A stretch of 64,000 bases of DNA, taken from NCBI GenBank assembly GCA_040756905.1, contig JBFLYD010000057.1, forward strand, positions 162 to 64,161. The letters run 5' to 3'. Below, in pieces: positions 38,219 to 48,826 of the stretch (position 1 is its first letter; every line of letters begins with the position of its first letter). The translations under genes were made by a program, and so were the position numbers. This DNA comes from Acidobacteriota bacterium (lineage in GTDB: Bacteria; Acidobacteriota; Aminicenantia; JBFLYD01). The notes under the pieces were generated by a model. That model did no database searches, was not told the DNA's origin, and worked only from the letters and a program-made list of their open reading frames with translations.

Positions 38219-40580
38219 TTTTTCCTCTTACAACCCTTTCTAAAGATTTCGATTCTTTTAAGATAAAAACATTCCTGTATCTGTATAGACTATTTTCTTT
38301 ATTTTCCTCTGTGGCTGAAGGGTTCAAGTAATCAGTGCTTAAAATTTCTTCCAGCTTTTCAGGATTTATCTCAAACAATTGAGATTTCTTCAAAACCTCT
38401 GAGAAAGAAGGCAGGTTGATAAAAGCGCTTCCTTTTTCTCTGAGATTTTTATAAGAAATGTTTTTGTAAAGCTTAATTTGACTCGAAATTTCCTCCATTA
38501 TCTCTTCAGAATTCTTATAATCAAAACCAGTTGCTCCCATTTTTTCAGAAATTTCACTTATTATCCACCAATCTGGCTTTGCCTCTCCAACAGGTTCAAT
38601 TACCTTACTTAGCAATTGAACTCTTCCCTCCACGTTTGTATAAGTTCCCTCTATTTCTGCAAAAGAAGCAGCAGGAAGAATAACATCTGCAAATTCTGAT
38701 AATTCAGAGGGAAAAATATCCTGAATTACAAGGAATTCTATTCCGGATTTCTCCTGTAATTGGAACTCTCCAGCTAAATAGAGACATTTTATTTCATTTT
38801 CTTTAATTTTTTTCTTGACCTCAGAAAAATCTCCAGCCTTATTCCTATGGTAAAACTCTGACACCACTCCCATATCAAAAGAGCCCCTGAAATTATTCTC
38901 AACTACAAGGGGAAATAAAACAGCCCCTGAAGAAATAGCTAAATTCATGAGGATTTTTATATTTTCAGTATCAAAGCCATTCTGGATTAAATCAGGTTCG
39001 TAAAATAAAAGCGAATCCGGGCTCTTAAAAAGAATCCCTGAGATTTCCTCTATTTTCTCAAAATTAATTCCCGTTGATTTCTCTATTCTCTCCCTGGAGA
39101 CCTTTTCCAGAATGGATTTGATGAGTTCCGAATTCTTTAATTTTAAAAAATACCTTTCATTTATATTCCCATTTTTTAAGGCTGACTTCATCAACCCGAT
39201 AAAGAAGGCTATCTCTGAGCCTGATTTTATTTTCAGAGTTTCATAAGCATAGTTAATCAATCCAGTTTCTTCATTGTTAATCAGGATAAGCCTTGAGCCA
39301 TTCCTCGAAGCTTTTTTTATCTCAAGAGAAATGATCGGGAATGATTTTGAAAACAAAGGCCCGACCACAAAAATTGTCTTAAATTTTGATACATCTTCAA
39401 TTGAATTTTTAAACAGAAGTGGTTTATTTTCATTTTCAAAATATTTTAAAGAAGAGGCATACGAAAATCCCTGTGTAAATTCTAAATACCCAGATTTCAT
39501 CACTTCCTTTACAAATTTTCGAATTACAAAATTATCCTCATTTGTAAGGTTAGTTGATGTAATAAAACCAAATTTATTTCCCTTATATTTTTCAAGATTT
39601 TCAGAAATAAAATTAATCGCCACCTCCCAGGAAACTTTCTGAAGATTTCCATTCCTCCTTATCATTGGATGAAGTAATCTCTTAGGGCTATGAATTATTA
39701 AAGGAAGGGTAAACCTTCCTTTTACACAAGCCTGACCTTTATTAACTTCTCCATCCATATCAGGAACTACACTTATGACTTTTCCAGATTTGACTTTAAA
39801 ATCCATCACACATCCAATTGAACAAAGAGCGCAGATAGATTTTACAGATTTCTCTGGGACACCTGCCCATTTGCTTGCTCTTTCTATAAGTGAACCGGTA
39901 GGACATACATCCACACATGCTCCGCAGAACTGACAGTTAGCCTCGATGTGGCTCATGTTAAATGCAGTGCCAACTATAGTTTTGTTTCCTCTGTTAACAA
40001 AGTTTAAAACCCCTGCTCCCCTTATTTCATGACAAACTCTCACACATCTATTGCAGAGAATACACAAATTATAGTCCCGGTCAAAGAAAGGGTCTTCTCT
40101 TTCAATCGTAAAATCTCTGTACAAAAAGGGGAGGTCCACTTCTTTTATCCCAACATATTCAACTACATCCTGAAATTCGCATTGCTGGTCTTTCGGACAG
40201 AATCTACAACCTGTCGTAACACCAACTTTTCTTATACAACCCTGATATTTTATACATCTATCTTTTTCAGTGCAGATAAGACATGCATTAGGATGTTCAG
40301 TCAATAAAAGTTTTACCACTTCTCTTCTTAAATTCTGAATCTCTTCATTTATCGTAACAACCTTCATTCCATCCGAGGCAGGAGTTGTGCATGAAGTTGG
40401 GTATCCTCTCATCCCTTCAATCTGAACTATGCACAATCTGCAACCTCCATAGGGAGAAAGATATGGATGATAGCAGAGAGTTGGCACATATATTTCTGCT
40501 TTTTTTATTGCATCAAGAACTGTTTTTCCTTCCTCTACCGCGACTTCTTTTCCATCTATCGTTAATCTTAGCTTTTTCAC
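38211..40580 (-). CDS. NuoG-like Fe-S subunit: N-terminal 2Fe-2S plus several 4Fe-4S domains plus a degenerate molybdopterin-oxidoreductase-like domain
   Basis: CYHPYLSPYGGCRLCIV (2Fe-2S), CILCNRCVRVC and CQFCGACVDVCP (4Fe-4S), MopB Fe4S4 CALCSIGC...GQACVKGRF. No Cys/Sec-His catalytic motif and a shortened C-terminus. No H-cluster motifs. Confidence 0.7.
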   Translation of the reverse strand: MKKLRLTIDGKEVAVEEGKTVLDAIKKAEIYVPTLCYHPYLSPYGGCRLCIVQIEGMRGYPTSCTTPASDGMKVVTINEEIQNLRREVVKLLLTEHPNACLICTEKDRCIKYQGCIRKVGVTTGCRFCPKDQQCEFQDVVEYVGIKEVDLPFLYRDFTIEREDPFFDRDYNLCILCNRCVRVCHEIRGAGVLNFVNRGNKTIVGTAFNMSHIEANCQFCGACVDVCPTGSLIERASKWAGVPEKSVKSICALCSIGCVMDFKVKSGKVISVVPDMDGEVNKGQACVKGRFTLPLIIHSPKRLLHPMIRRNGNLQKVSWEVAINFISENLEKYKGNKFGFITSTNLTNEDNFVIRKFVKEVMKSGYLEFTQGFSYASSLKYFENENKPLLFKNSIEDVSKFKTIFVVGPLFSKSFPIISLEIKKASRNGSRLILINNEETGLINYAYETLKIKSGSEIAFFIGLMKSALKNGNINERYFLKLKNSELIKSILEKVSRERIEKSTGINFEKIEEISGILFKSPDSLLFYEPDLIQNGFDTENIKILMNLAISSGAVLFPLVVENNFRGSFDMGVVSEFYHRNKAGDFSEVKKKIKENEIKCLYLAGEFQLQEKSGIEFLVIQDIFPSELSEFADVILPAASFAEIEGTYTNVEGRVQLLSKVIEPVGEAKPDWWIISEISEKMGATGFDYKNSEEIMEEISSQIKLYKNISYKNLREKGSAFINLPSFSEVLKKSQLFEINPEKLEEILSTDYLNPSATEENKENSLYRYRNVFILKESKSLERVVRGKNV

Positions 40581-42520
40581 ATCTTCTCTCTTTCTTTTGC
40601 AATCTTTTCCCTGTATTCCTTATAAGGAACAGGTTCTTTAAGAGTTTCAATTTTCTGACCAGTTACTTTAACAACAGCGCTTACCTTTACAGGACAAACA
40701 TCAAGGCAGACACCACATTTAATACATTTTTCCTGGTCGATTATATGGATCAATTTATTGCCGCCTCTAATTGCATCAGAGGGACAATTTTTGAGGCAAA
40801 GTAAACAGCCCACACATTTTTCTGGCAAAATGTAGTAATTTATCAGCTCCTTGCAAACAAGAGCAGGGCAGATTTTCTTTTCAATATGAGCTTCATACTC
40901 ATCCCTGAAATATCTGAGTGTGGTTAATACCGGGTTTGGAGCTGTCTGGCCAAGCCCACAGAGGGAACCTTCCTTAACCGTATGAGCTAATCTTTCAAGT
41001 CTCGGAATATCTTCTGGTATACCTTTCCCATCTTTTATTTTTCTTAAAATTTCAACCATATGCCTTGTTCCAACTCTGCATGGCACACATTTTCCGCAGG
41101 ACTCTTTTTGTGAAAAATCAAGAAAATAATGGGCAACATCCACCATACAGGTTTCTTCATCCATTACAATCATCCCGCCTGAACCCATCATTGAGCCTGC
41201 ACTTTTCAATTTTTCAAAATCAACCGGTAGATCAAGTAATTCTTTAGGAATACATCCTCCGGAAGGTCCTCCAGTTTGAACAGCTTTAAACTCCTTACTC
41301 TTTGGAATTCCACCGCCTATTTCAAAAATTATTTCTCTCAGGGTTATTCCCATCGGAACTTCTACAAGTCCGGTATTGTTTATTTTCCCAACGAGAGAAA
41401 AAATTTTTGTTCCTTTGCTTGTCTCTGTTCCTATGCTTTTATACCAATCAGAGCCTTTGTTAATGATAGCAGGAACATTAGCCCAGGTTTCCACATTGTT
41501 TATGTTTGTGGGTCTGTTCCACAGTCCCATCTGAGCTGGATAAGGTGGTCTTGACCTTGGCTCACTCCTTCTTCCCTCAATCGATGCGATAAGGGCTGTT
41601 TCCTCTCCACTCACAAAGGCACCAGCTCCTCTTACAATTTTTACATCAAAGCTGAATTTAGTTCCCATAATGTTATTTCCAAGAAGTTCTGAAGCTTTAG
41701 CCTGATTGATTGCAATCATTGCATTTTTTACAGCAAGGGGATATTCATTCCTTACATATATATAGCCTTCTTTTGCGCCAATTGCATAGGCCCCTATAAC
41801 CATTCCTTCTATAACACTATGGGGATTACCTTCTAATAAACTTCTATCCATGTATGCACCAGGGTCACCCTCATCGCAGTTACAAATTATATACTTTATC
41901 GAATCTTTTTCTTTTTTGCATATTTCCCATTTCAATCCTGTAATAAATCCCGCACCACCTCTTCCTCTCAAGCCTGATTTTTTTATCTCCTTGATTACTT
42001 CCATATCAGTCATCTCTTTTAGAACTTTTGCTAATGCTTCGTATCCACCTATGGCAATGTAATCCTCGATGCTTGTTGGATCTATAAATCCATTATTTCC
42101 GAAGATTATTCTTCTCTGCTTTTTGTAGAAAGGAACATCTCTTTCCCTTGTAATTTTTTCACCTGTGTATGGGTCTTCATAAAGAAGGCGATCAACAATT
42201 CTCTGATTTTCAATCGTCTCTTTTATAATTTCATTAACATCCCCCATCTTCACTCTCTGATAGAAAATACCACTCGGATGGATCACAACAATTGGTCCTC
42301 TTTCACAAAATCCATGACAGCCTGTTTTCCTCACATCAACCTTGTCTTTCATCCCATTCTGGCTGATTTTAGATATAAAATTCTGAGTTACTTTCTCGCA
42401 GCCATAAGCCTGACATCCTGTTCCATTACAGACTGTGATTACTGGTTTCTCGTCTGACCTTGTTCTTAATATATCTTCTTTTACTCTTTTCAAATCATCA
42501 AAACTTTGTATTTTAAACAT
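40577..42520 (-). CDS. NuoF-like NAD(H)-binding flavoprotein subunit (HndC/HydB-type) with N-terminal thioredoxin-like and C-terminal 2x[4Fe-4S] ferredoxin domains
   Basis: GLRGRGGAGFITGLKW, CGKCVPCRVGT, CVGCLLCLKNCP and CIKCGVCLDVCP. Confidence 0.85.
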   Translation of the reverse strand: MFKIQSFDDLKRVKEDILRTRSDEKPVITVCNGTGCQAYGCEKVTQNFISKISQNGMKDKVDVRKTGCHGFCERGPIVVIHPSGIFYQRVKMGDVNEIIKETIENQRIVDRLLYEDPYTGEKITRERDVPFYKKQRRIIFGNNGFIDPTSIEDYIAIGGYEALAKVLKEMTDMEVIKEIKKSGLRGRGGAGFITGLKWEICKKEKDSIKYIICNCDEGDPGAYMDRSLLEGNPHSVIEGMVIGAYAIGAKEGYIYVRNEYPLAVKNAMIAINQAKASELLGNNIMGTKFSFDVKIVRGAGAFVSGEETALIASIEGRRSEPRSRPPYPAQMGLWNRPTNINNVETWANVPAIINKGSDWYKSIGTETSKGTKIFSLVGKINNTGLVEVPMGITLREIIFEIGGGIPKSKEFKAVQTGGPSGGCIPKELLDLPVDFEKLKSAGSMMGSGGMIVMDEETCMVDVAHYFLDFSQKESCGKCVPCRVGTRHMVEILRKIKDGKGIPEDIPRLERLAHTVKEGSLCGLGQTAPNPVLTTLRYFRDEYEAHIEKKICPALVCKELINYYILPEKCVGCLLCLKNCPSDAIRGGNKLIHIIDQEKCIKCGVCLDVCPVKVSAVVKVTGQKIETLKEPVPYKEYREKIAKEREKM

Positions 42521-42523
42521 TTC

Positions 42524-43009
42524 TTATTCTTTTTTGTTTCTTAAATTCTCCGTGAGATCATCAATTTTTGTCTTGTTCATCTGACCGAAATATTCATCAT
42601 CCACAACAACTATGGGTCCGAGAGCACATGCTCCAAGGCAATTCACTGACTCTAAAGTAAACATGTTGTCTTCAGTTGTTTCTCCCTCTTTTATATTTAA
42701 CTTCCTTTCAAGCTCCTCTAAAATATGAGGAGCCCCTCTCACATGACAGGCTGTTCCAAGGCAGACAGTTACTGAATGTTTTCCTCTCGGTTTTAGTCTG
42801 AAAGATGTGTAGAAAGTCGCAATACTGAATATGTTACTTAAAAAAATTCCCAGTTTTTTTGAAAGATAATCCAACGCCTCCTGAGGAAGCCAGTTAAACT
42901 CTGATTGAACATCCTGTAGAATAGCTATGAGGGCATCTTTTCTCTTTCCGTATTTATCTAATATTGGATCAATCTTTTCTTTTAGCTCCGATATATCTAC
43001 CGATTTCAC
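42524..43009 (-). CDS. NuoE-like thioredoxin-like [2Fe-2S] subunit
   Basis: CLGTACHVRG ... CLGACALGP motifs. Start reassigned to the GTG at complement 43009, which has a GAGGG SD. The track ORF overlapped ccsA. Confidence 0.7.
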   Translation of the reverse strand: MKSVDISELKEKIDPILDKYGKRKDALIAILQDVQSEFNWLPQEALDYLSKKLGIFLSNIFSIATFYTSFRLKPRGKHSVTVCLGTACHVRGAPHILEELERKLNIKEGETTEDNMFTLESVNCLGACALGPIVVVDDEYFGQMNKTKIDDLTENLRNKKE

Positions 43010-43025
43010 CTCAATCCCTCTCTTT

Positions 43026-43865
43026 TTATTGATATGTATGAAGGCTCTCCTGTGCTGAAGGAAGAACATTAACTCCCAGATATGTGATTATCACTGCTAC
43101 AAAACCAGCAATGGCAAAATAGGCAGATCTCTTTCCCCTCCAGCCTTTAACAAACCTTAAGTGCAAATAGATAAGATAGACAAGCCATGTTATAAGAGAC
43201 CAGTTTTCTTTAGGATCCCATCCCCAGTAATCTCCCCAAGCTTCTTTAGCCCATACCCCTCCAAGGAGAAGACCAAGGGAAAGAAAAATGAAGCCAAAAT
43301 TTATTATCTTGTATGTGTAAGATTCAAAATCGAGAAATTCCTGTTCCAACCAATGTCCTTTTGGAAGTTTCTTCTTATCAGGAAATTTTAAATAAAGAAT
43401 AGCTGTTACGAAAGAAAGAAACAATGCTGCATACGCAATAAAATAAATTATAACATGAGGGATAAACCAGAAACTTTGAAGGGCTGCCGGCAAATTTATT
43501 CTATCAACATCAACTTTAAATATAGCATATATCAGAGAAATCACTGAAAAAAGTGAAGCAAATATTCCTATAATCCTTAGCTTTGTAATAAGTTCAATGA
43601 TTAAGTATATAAAAGCCACTGTCCAGGTGAAGAAGACTAAAGTCTCATACAATGTTCTTATGGGTGGCTGTTTATATGTAGCCCAGCTGAATACAATTAG
43701 AGCTGTGTTAAAGGCAAAAGCAATAAATATAGAAAGAGTCGGAAAATACTTGGGAATCCATTTTCTTTTTAGAAATAAAAAAAGATAAACCAAAAAAGAA
43801 ATCAAGTAAAATAAAAACGACAATTTAAAAAATAAATGCATCCTTGAGAATACAAGTAAAGTCAT
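43026..43865 (-). CDS. ccsA: Cytochrome c assembly protein CcsA/ResC (system II heme handling)
   Basis: WGDYWGWDPKENWSLITW tryptophan-rich WWD motif, polytopic membrane protein. Confidence 0.75.
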   Translation of the reverse strand: MTLLVFSRMHLFFKLSFLFYLISFLVYLFLFLKRKWIPKYFPTLSIFIAFAFNTALIVFSWATYKQPPIRTLYETLVFFTWTVAFIYLIIELITKLRIIGIFASLFSVISLIYAIFKVDVDRINLPAALQSFWFIPHVIIYFIAYAALFLSFVTAILYLKFPDKKKLPKGHWLEQEFLDFESYTYKIINFGFIFLSLGLLLGGVWAKEAWGDYWGWDPKENWSLITWLVYLIYLHLRFVKGWRGKRSAYFAIAGFVAVIITYLGVNVLPSAQESLHTYQ

Positions 43866-43884
43866 TCAATCCTCCTCGTGGTGC

Positions 43885-44063
43885 TGTTCCATAAATATCT
43901 TAACAAACAAATAATTTCTCATAAAGCACACTGAAGGGGTATGGGGAAGAGACTTCCCCATGTCTGGGGGTGCTCAGCGGAGCATCTAAGAAGATCTTTC
44001 TCCCATAGGGAAAGGTCATGGCACAATAAAATAACAAAAACAATTTTGAGTGCCATGACACTA
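43885..44063. repeat. Repeat family C copy 3
   Basis: Shares its 5' and 3' conserved blocks and hairpins with copies 1 and 2, in the same orientation. Confidence 0.55.
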
Positions 44064-44067
44064 GTTT

Positions 44068-45996
44068 TTACTCCTCGATTACTTCAGGCAATAATATTCT
44101 TCTCTTTATGAAAAATATATGTAAAAGCCCAAGAAATAACATCACAAACCCAAGCCACACTACATTTACTCCAGGATCTTTAACAATCTGAATTCCAGAA
44201 TATTCCGGGTTTTTGGGATCATAATTAGACTGATAAAATTCATACCCTTCAAATTTTAAAGGATGATTAACTTCTACCTCTGTTGATTTCATTTCTTTAT
44301 CATTTTTATAAACCTTTAATGTGCTCACATAATCTTTAATTTCATCAGATTTTCTTTCAAAAGAAATTGCAAATTTTCCATTTTCAAGAAAAATTGGTTC
44401 AGGATTGTTGCCTACAAGAAGATATTGTTCTTTGTTATCTCCTGAATAAACGCCAATTAACACAGCTGGGTTTAAAGGGTTACTAGATTTACTTCTATAT
44501 ATTTCTTTCCTTTCAGCTTCTGGATAAACATCAAGGAAACTTATTTTTGAGCCATCAATTTCAATCTTTTCTTCTGGTTTCATTGGAATTGAAACATTTT
44601 TTTCCCTTCCAAATCTTAATATCTCCTTTGTTTTTCCTAAAAAAACAAGATGTGTTTTTACTCCTCTTTTATGTTCTAAATACTTATATCTAAGATTAAG
44701 ACGATTGTTGAATAAACTCTGTCTTTCAAACCCTCCTACCTTTGCAAATATCCATATTCTATTAGTCTCTTTAGCCTTTGAATCCTCAATCTCAATTCTC
44801 AAAGCGGGGTTCTTTGGTTCATCAGAAAGAGATAGAGCCTGTTTCCTTTCAGCGTCATAAGTAAAATCAGGGTAGAATCCCAGGATCCTTATGATAAAAT
44901 CTCCATATTTATATTCTTTTCCATTTTCTACATAAATTTCCTCTTTCATACTATTCTGGCTTATTTCAAGAAGATTTTTCCCTGCCTGTTCTTCATATGA
45001 AAGATTCCTCAAAAATTCATCATCTTTTTCCCATAAAAAGTGAATCGCAAAATTGCTGCTTAAATCAAAATAACTTTTGTCCTCATTTAGAAAAATCCAC
45101 TTTTCATTTATTGTTCCATTTTTTTCAACAGAAAACTTAAGAACAGGGTTTAAAGGTTTCTCTGACTTTTTCGAGATTATTTCAATTCTTTCAAAATCAG
45201 GGTAATAATCAAGTATTTTAAAAGAATGAAATGAACCCGGTATCTTATTTAGTGTCCTTTCCTCGGGCTTGTATGAGATGGCTAATTTGTAAGTATCTTT
45301 TCCAGGCTTATGTTTGTAAAGTAACACTCTGTATTCAGGATTATATTCCTCAATCCTGAATTTAACTAATTCCACTTCAAATCCAAGGTTTACGAATTTG
45401 TTAGTTTTTACCCCTCTTTCAACTATGTTTATTTTATTCTTTGTCTCTCCAATAAACATATCCATGTAACCTTTAACTCCCCAAATGTGACCGATCAAAG
45501 CTCCTAAAAGAATTACAATGATTCCAAAATGATTAAGATAAAACCCTAGTTCCTTCCAGTTTAGTTTCTTTTTCGTTACTGTGCAGAAAAATAAAGAAAA
45601 TGAAAGTATTATCAGAAAGAAATTAAACCACCAGTTTCTATAAATTGTATCCAGAAAAAAAAGGATGGCAATTTTCGAAAAAAAATTACCCAAGTATTTC
45701 TGGTAAAATTCAAAAGGCTGATCCTGAACTAAAAAAGTTCCTAAAATTGTAAAAAAGGTTATTAACATAAACAAAGATATCGCAAATTTTACAGATTTTA
45801 AGTAGGTGAATATTTCATCTCTCATAAAATAAAAAAATGTCAATAAAGGAAAAAAAACGAAACCAAATATTACCAATATGATTGTCCTGTTCTGAATTGT
45901 CTGGATGTAGGATTTATAAATTATCTGACATAGATTCACGAATAATGCAAGAATCAACAAGATTAAAAAGCTCTCTTTAAAAGTGACCCTTCTCAT
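44068..45996 (-). CDS. Cytochrome c biogenesis protein ResB/CcsB-like (system II)
   Basis: N-terminal TM helices, large periplasmic domain, C-terminal TM helix (VVWLGFVMLFLGLLHIFFI). Directly upstream of ccsA. Confidence 0.55.
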   Translation of the reverse strand: MRRVTFKESFLILLILALFVNLCQIIYKSYIQTIQNRTIILVIFGFVFFPLLTFFYFMRDEIFTYLKSVKFAISLFMLITFFTILGTFLVQDQPFEFYQKYLGNFFSKIAILFFLDTIYRNWWFNFFLIILSFSLFFCTVTKKKLNWKELGFYLNHFGIIVILLGALIGHIWGVKGYMDMFIGETKNKINIVERGVKTNKFVNLGFEVELVKFRIEEYNPEYRVLLYKHKPGKDTYKLAISYKPEERTLNKIPGSFHSFKILDYYPDFERIEIISKKSEKPLNPVLKFSVEKNGTINEKWIFLNEDKSYFDLSSNFAIHFLWEKDDEFLRNLSYEEQAGKNLLEISQNSMKEEIYVENGKEYKYGDFIIRILGFYPDFTYDAERKQALSLSDEPKNPALRIEIEDSKAKETNRIWIFAKVGGFERQSLFNNRLNLRYKYLEHKRGVKTHLVFLGKTKEILRFGREKNVSIPMKPEEKIEIDGSKISFLDVYPEAERKEIYRSKSSNPLNPAVLIGVYSGDNKEQYLLVGNNPEPIFLENGKFAISFERKSDEIKDYVSTLKVYKNDKEMKSTEVEVNHPLKFEGYEFYQSNYDPKNPEYSGIQIVKDPGVNVVWLGFVMLFLGLLHIFFIKRRILLPEVIEE

Positions 45997-46014
45997 TCAA
46001 TCTCCTTTTTAAAT

Positions 46015-47121
46015 TTAAAACAGCTCTGTATATTCAAGATCAAAAAGCTCACAGATTCCTTCTCTCACACACTTTCCCTTATAAAGATAAACACCCCTTG
46101 CTAAGCACTTTTCTTTTCTCAAAGCTTCATCGATATTCATATCAGCAATGGCTTCCACATAAGGACAAAGCACATTGGAAAGCCCAATAGAAGCTGTTCT
46201 GCTCACAACTGATGGAATGTTTGGAACACAATAATGAATCTTTTCATCGTAAGTATAAATCGGGTCTTCTATCGTGGTAGGTCTTGAAGATTCAATACAT
46301 CCTCCCTGGTCTATCGAGATATCAATTATTACAGCTCCGGGCTTCATACTCTTTATCATCTCTTTAGTGACAACTTTAGGAGCTCTCTCTCCAGGAATTA
46401 AAATTGACCCGATCAAAACATCAGCGTACTGAATGTATTTTGAAATGTTGTAGGGATTTGCAAGAGCAGTAATCACAGTTTTTGATGTTGACTCCTCTAA
46501 TTGCTTTAGCTTATTTAAATCCTTGTCCAAAACTATAACATGAGCACCTAAATCAAGACAAGCCCTTGCAGCACTTTTCCCCACAACTCCACAACCAATA
46601 ATCATTACTGTTGCAGGAGGAACAGAAGTTATACCTCCTAAAAGAAGTCCTTTTCCTCCCCTGTCACTCTGAAGGTAATGCCCTGCAATGATGGGAACCA
46701 TCGCTCCTGCAATTTCTGACATCAAAACAAGGCAGGGAAGCGTTCCTCTATCATCCTGAATTATCTCATATCCAATTGCGATAACTTTCTTATTTAACAA
46801 TTCTTCTACTAAACTCCTCTTTGCAACAGCCATGTGATGAAAAGCAAAAATTACCTGATTCTCTCTGAGTCTTTTTACCTGATTTTCACTAAGGGAGGAA
46901 ATTTTTAATATTATATCTGACCTTACTATTGCCTCATCTTCACTGTATACCTTATGGGCTCCTACTTTTGAAAACTCCTCATCATGATATCCAGCTCCTT
47001 CCCCAGCTCCTGCTTGAAAAAATACTGTGTGGCCGTCTTCAATTAAGGATTGAATGGAAGAGGGAGTTAATGGAATTCTTTTTTCCCTTCTCTCCGACTC
47101 TCTTAAAATACCTATATTCAT
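46015..47121 (-). CDS. Alanine dehydrogenase / PNT-family NAD-binding protein (probably alanine dehydrogenase)
   Basis: N-terminal MNIGILRESERREKRIPLTP and Rossmann IIGCGVVGKSAARAC. 368 aa. Confidence 0.65.
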   Translation of the reverse strand: MNIGILRESERREKRIPLTPSSIQSLIEDGHTVFFQAGAGEGAGYHDEEFSKVGAHKVYSEDEAIVRSDIILKISSLSENQVKRLRENQVIFAFHHMAVAKRSLVEELLNKKVIAIGYEIIQDDRGTLPCLVLMSEIAGAMVPIIAGHYLQSDRGGKGLLLGGITSVPPATVMIIGCGVVGKSAARACLDLGAHVIVLDKDLNKLKQLEESTSKTVITALANPYNISKYIQYADVLIGSILIPGERAPKVVTKEMIKSMKPGAVIIDISIDQGGCIESSRPTTIEDPIYTYDEKIHYCVPNIPSVVSRTASIGLSNVLCPYVEAIADMNIDEALRKEKCLARGVYLYKGKCVREGICELFDLEYTELF

Positions 47122-47225
47122 TTATTATTCCTTTTAGAATTAAAGAAATATTTGACATAGTTTTTTAATATACAATATTGGGGAATAAATTTCAAATAAA
47201 CTTAAAATTAATAGGCAGGCAAAAA

Positions 47226-48530
47226 TTAATTTTTGAGTATTCCTTGGGCTGCAAGTATTCCTGAGGCAGCTGATCCAACAATTCCCCTGCTTAAACCTGC
47301 TCCATCTCCAGCCACATAAATGCCTGAAAGGGAAGTCTGCAAATTTTTATCAGTAATTACTCTCAACCCATGAAACTTAATTTCAGTAGCATAAATAAGG
47401 GTGCTATTATCAGCCACTCCGGGAATCAACCTATCTAAAATCTCAAGACCTTCAAGGATGTCCTTTACAAAACGATAGGGCATTGCCATTGCAATATCAC
47501 CAGGTGTAACATCCTTTAAAGTTGGAAGTACATAACTTTTCTCCAGCCTTCCCCATGTGCTTCTCCTTCCAACTCTTAAATCACCAAGCCTCTGGAGTAT
47601 TGGCTTATGGCCTCCAATGGTTGTAGCCTGGAGTGCAATACTTTCACCGTAAAGGTTTGTGTTTTCAAGGGGCTCGGTCAGTTTAACTTTAATCAAAAAA
47701 GCAAAATTTGTATTGGAGCTTCTGAAATCCTTCCTCGAATGACCATTTACCAGACAGAAATTATCAAAAACTTCTTTCACCACATATCCATAGGGAGAAA
47801 CACAGAAGGTTCTTACAAAATCATCATAGGCTGGAGTTCTTATATGAACTTTAGGATCCCAGTTTACTCCACATATTTCTTCCATTATTATCGCAGGAAC
47901 CTCAACCCGAACTCCTATATCAATGGGATTGTAAATATAATTCATGTTTTTTCCCTTTACAATTCCTTCGAGCCACCTGGCTCCACTTCTTCCAGGTGCA
48001 AGCAATATCTTGTCAAATTTATATTTATCTTTATCTATAAATATTTCTCCCTGGTTAAGGTCGTTGACCTCTGAATTGCACAGAAATTCAACGCCCCTTT
48101 TCTTTAAATCTTTAGATATTTCCTTGATAAAATAAGGAAGATGGTCTGAACCAACATGAGCCTGTCTTACAGGAAGATACTTCATTCCTGAATGAGCTGC
48201 TTGAGTCTCTAAAGCTTTAACCTTTTCTTCATCCATTTCTTTTGCTTTGATGTCGTAAAAGGAGAAGATTTCTTCAACTTTCTTGACAAGGTTTTCAATT
48301 TCTTTAAGATTAATTAAATCAGTTAAATTATTTCCTATCTCTGGAGAAAAATTAAGTTTACCGTCAGAAAAAAGCCCTGCTCCACCAACTCCAAAAAGAA
48401 TGTTAGAAGAGCTTTTGATTCTCTCTTCTGCATCCGGACCTTTATCGATTATAGTTACATCTACTTTTTCTGATAGCTCATATGCAGCAAAGAGTCCAGC
48501 TGGACCTGCTCCCACTATTCCTATTTTCAT
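47226..48530 (-). CDS. FAD-dependent oxidoreductase (COG2509-like uncharacterised flavoprotein)
   Basis: MKIGIVGAGPAGLFAAYELS FAD-binding motif at the proposed ATG start (complement 48530). Confidence 0.6.
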   Translation of the reverse strand: MKIGIVGAGPAGLFAAYELSEKVDVTIIDKGPDAEERIKSSSNILFGVGGAGLFSDGKLNFSPEIGNNLTDLINLKEIENLVKKVEEIFSFYDIKAKEMDEEKVKALETQAAHSGMKYLPVRQAHVGSDHLPYFIKEISKDLKKRGVEFLCNSEVNDLNQGEIFIDKDKYKFDKILLAPGRSGARWLEGIVKGKNMNYIYNPIDIGVRVEVPAIIMEEICGVNWDPKVHIRTPAYDDFVRTFCVSPYGYVVKEVFDNFCLVNGHSRKDFRSSNTNFAFLIKVKLTEPLENTNLYGESIALQATTIGGHKPILQRLGDLRVGRRSTWGRLEKSYVLPTLKDVTPGDIAMAMPYRFVKDILEGLEILDRLIPGVADNSTLIYATEIKFHGLRVITDKNLQTSLSGIYVAGDGAGLSRGIVGSAASGILAAQGILKN

Positions 48531-48573
48531 GAGTATTAAATAATGACCCAAAATCCTTCATCTGTCAATAAAA

Positions 48574-48801
48574 TCAAGTAAGTGGATTTTCCCTTCCAAG
48601 AACTTCCTGATAATATTCAGGGCCAGTTGAAATCAAAGAATTTACATAATGATAGTATGCAATCTCAGGAGAAGAATACTTTTCAATATATTCTTTTGTA
48701 AAATACTTCTTATCATAATTAGGCTTTGTAATAAAATATCCAAGAATAATTAAGAATATTATTAAAAAGATAATAATTAAAATCAGTCTTCCAGCTTTCA
48801 T
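48574..48801 (-). CDS. Small single-TM hypothetical protein (75 aa)
   Basis: ORF with a hydrophobic N-terminal segment only. Confidence 0.25.
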   Translation of the reverse strand: MKAGRLILIIIFLIIFLIILGYFITKPNYDKKYFTKEYIEKYSSPEIAYYHYVNSLISTGPEYYQEVLGRENPLT

Positions 48802-48826
48802 CTTCTCTCTTAAAAATATTAAATAC

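Noticed and set aside
38211-40580. [FeFe]-hydrogenase catalytic subunit, or selenocysteine formate dehydrogenase
   Set aside because: No H-cluster motifs (TSCCPxW, CxxGGG-type). No in-frame TGA. No Cys/Sec-His pair at the FDH catalytic position. The protein is better described as a NuoG-like Fe-S subunit.
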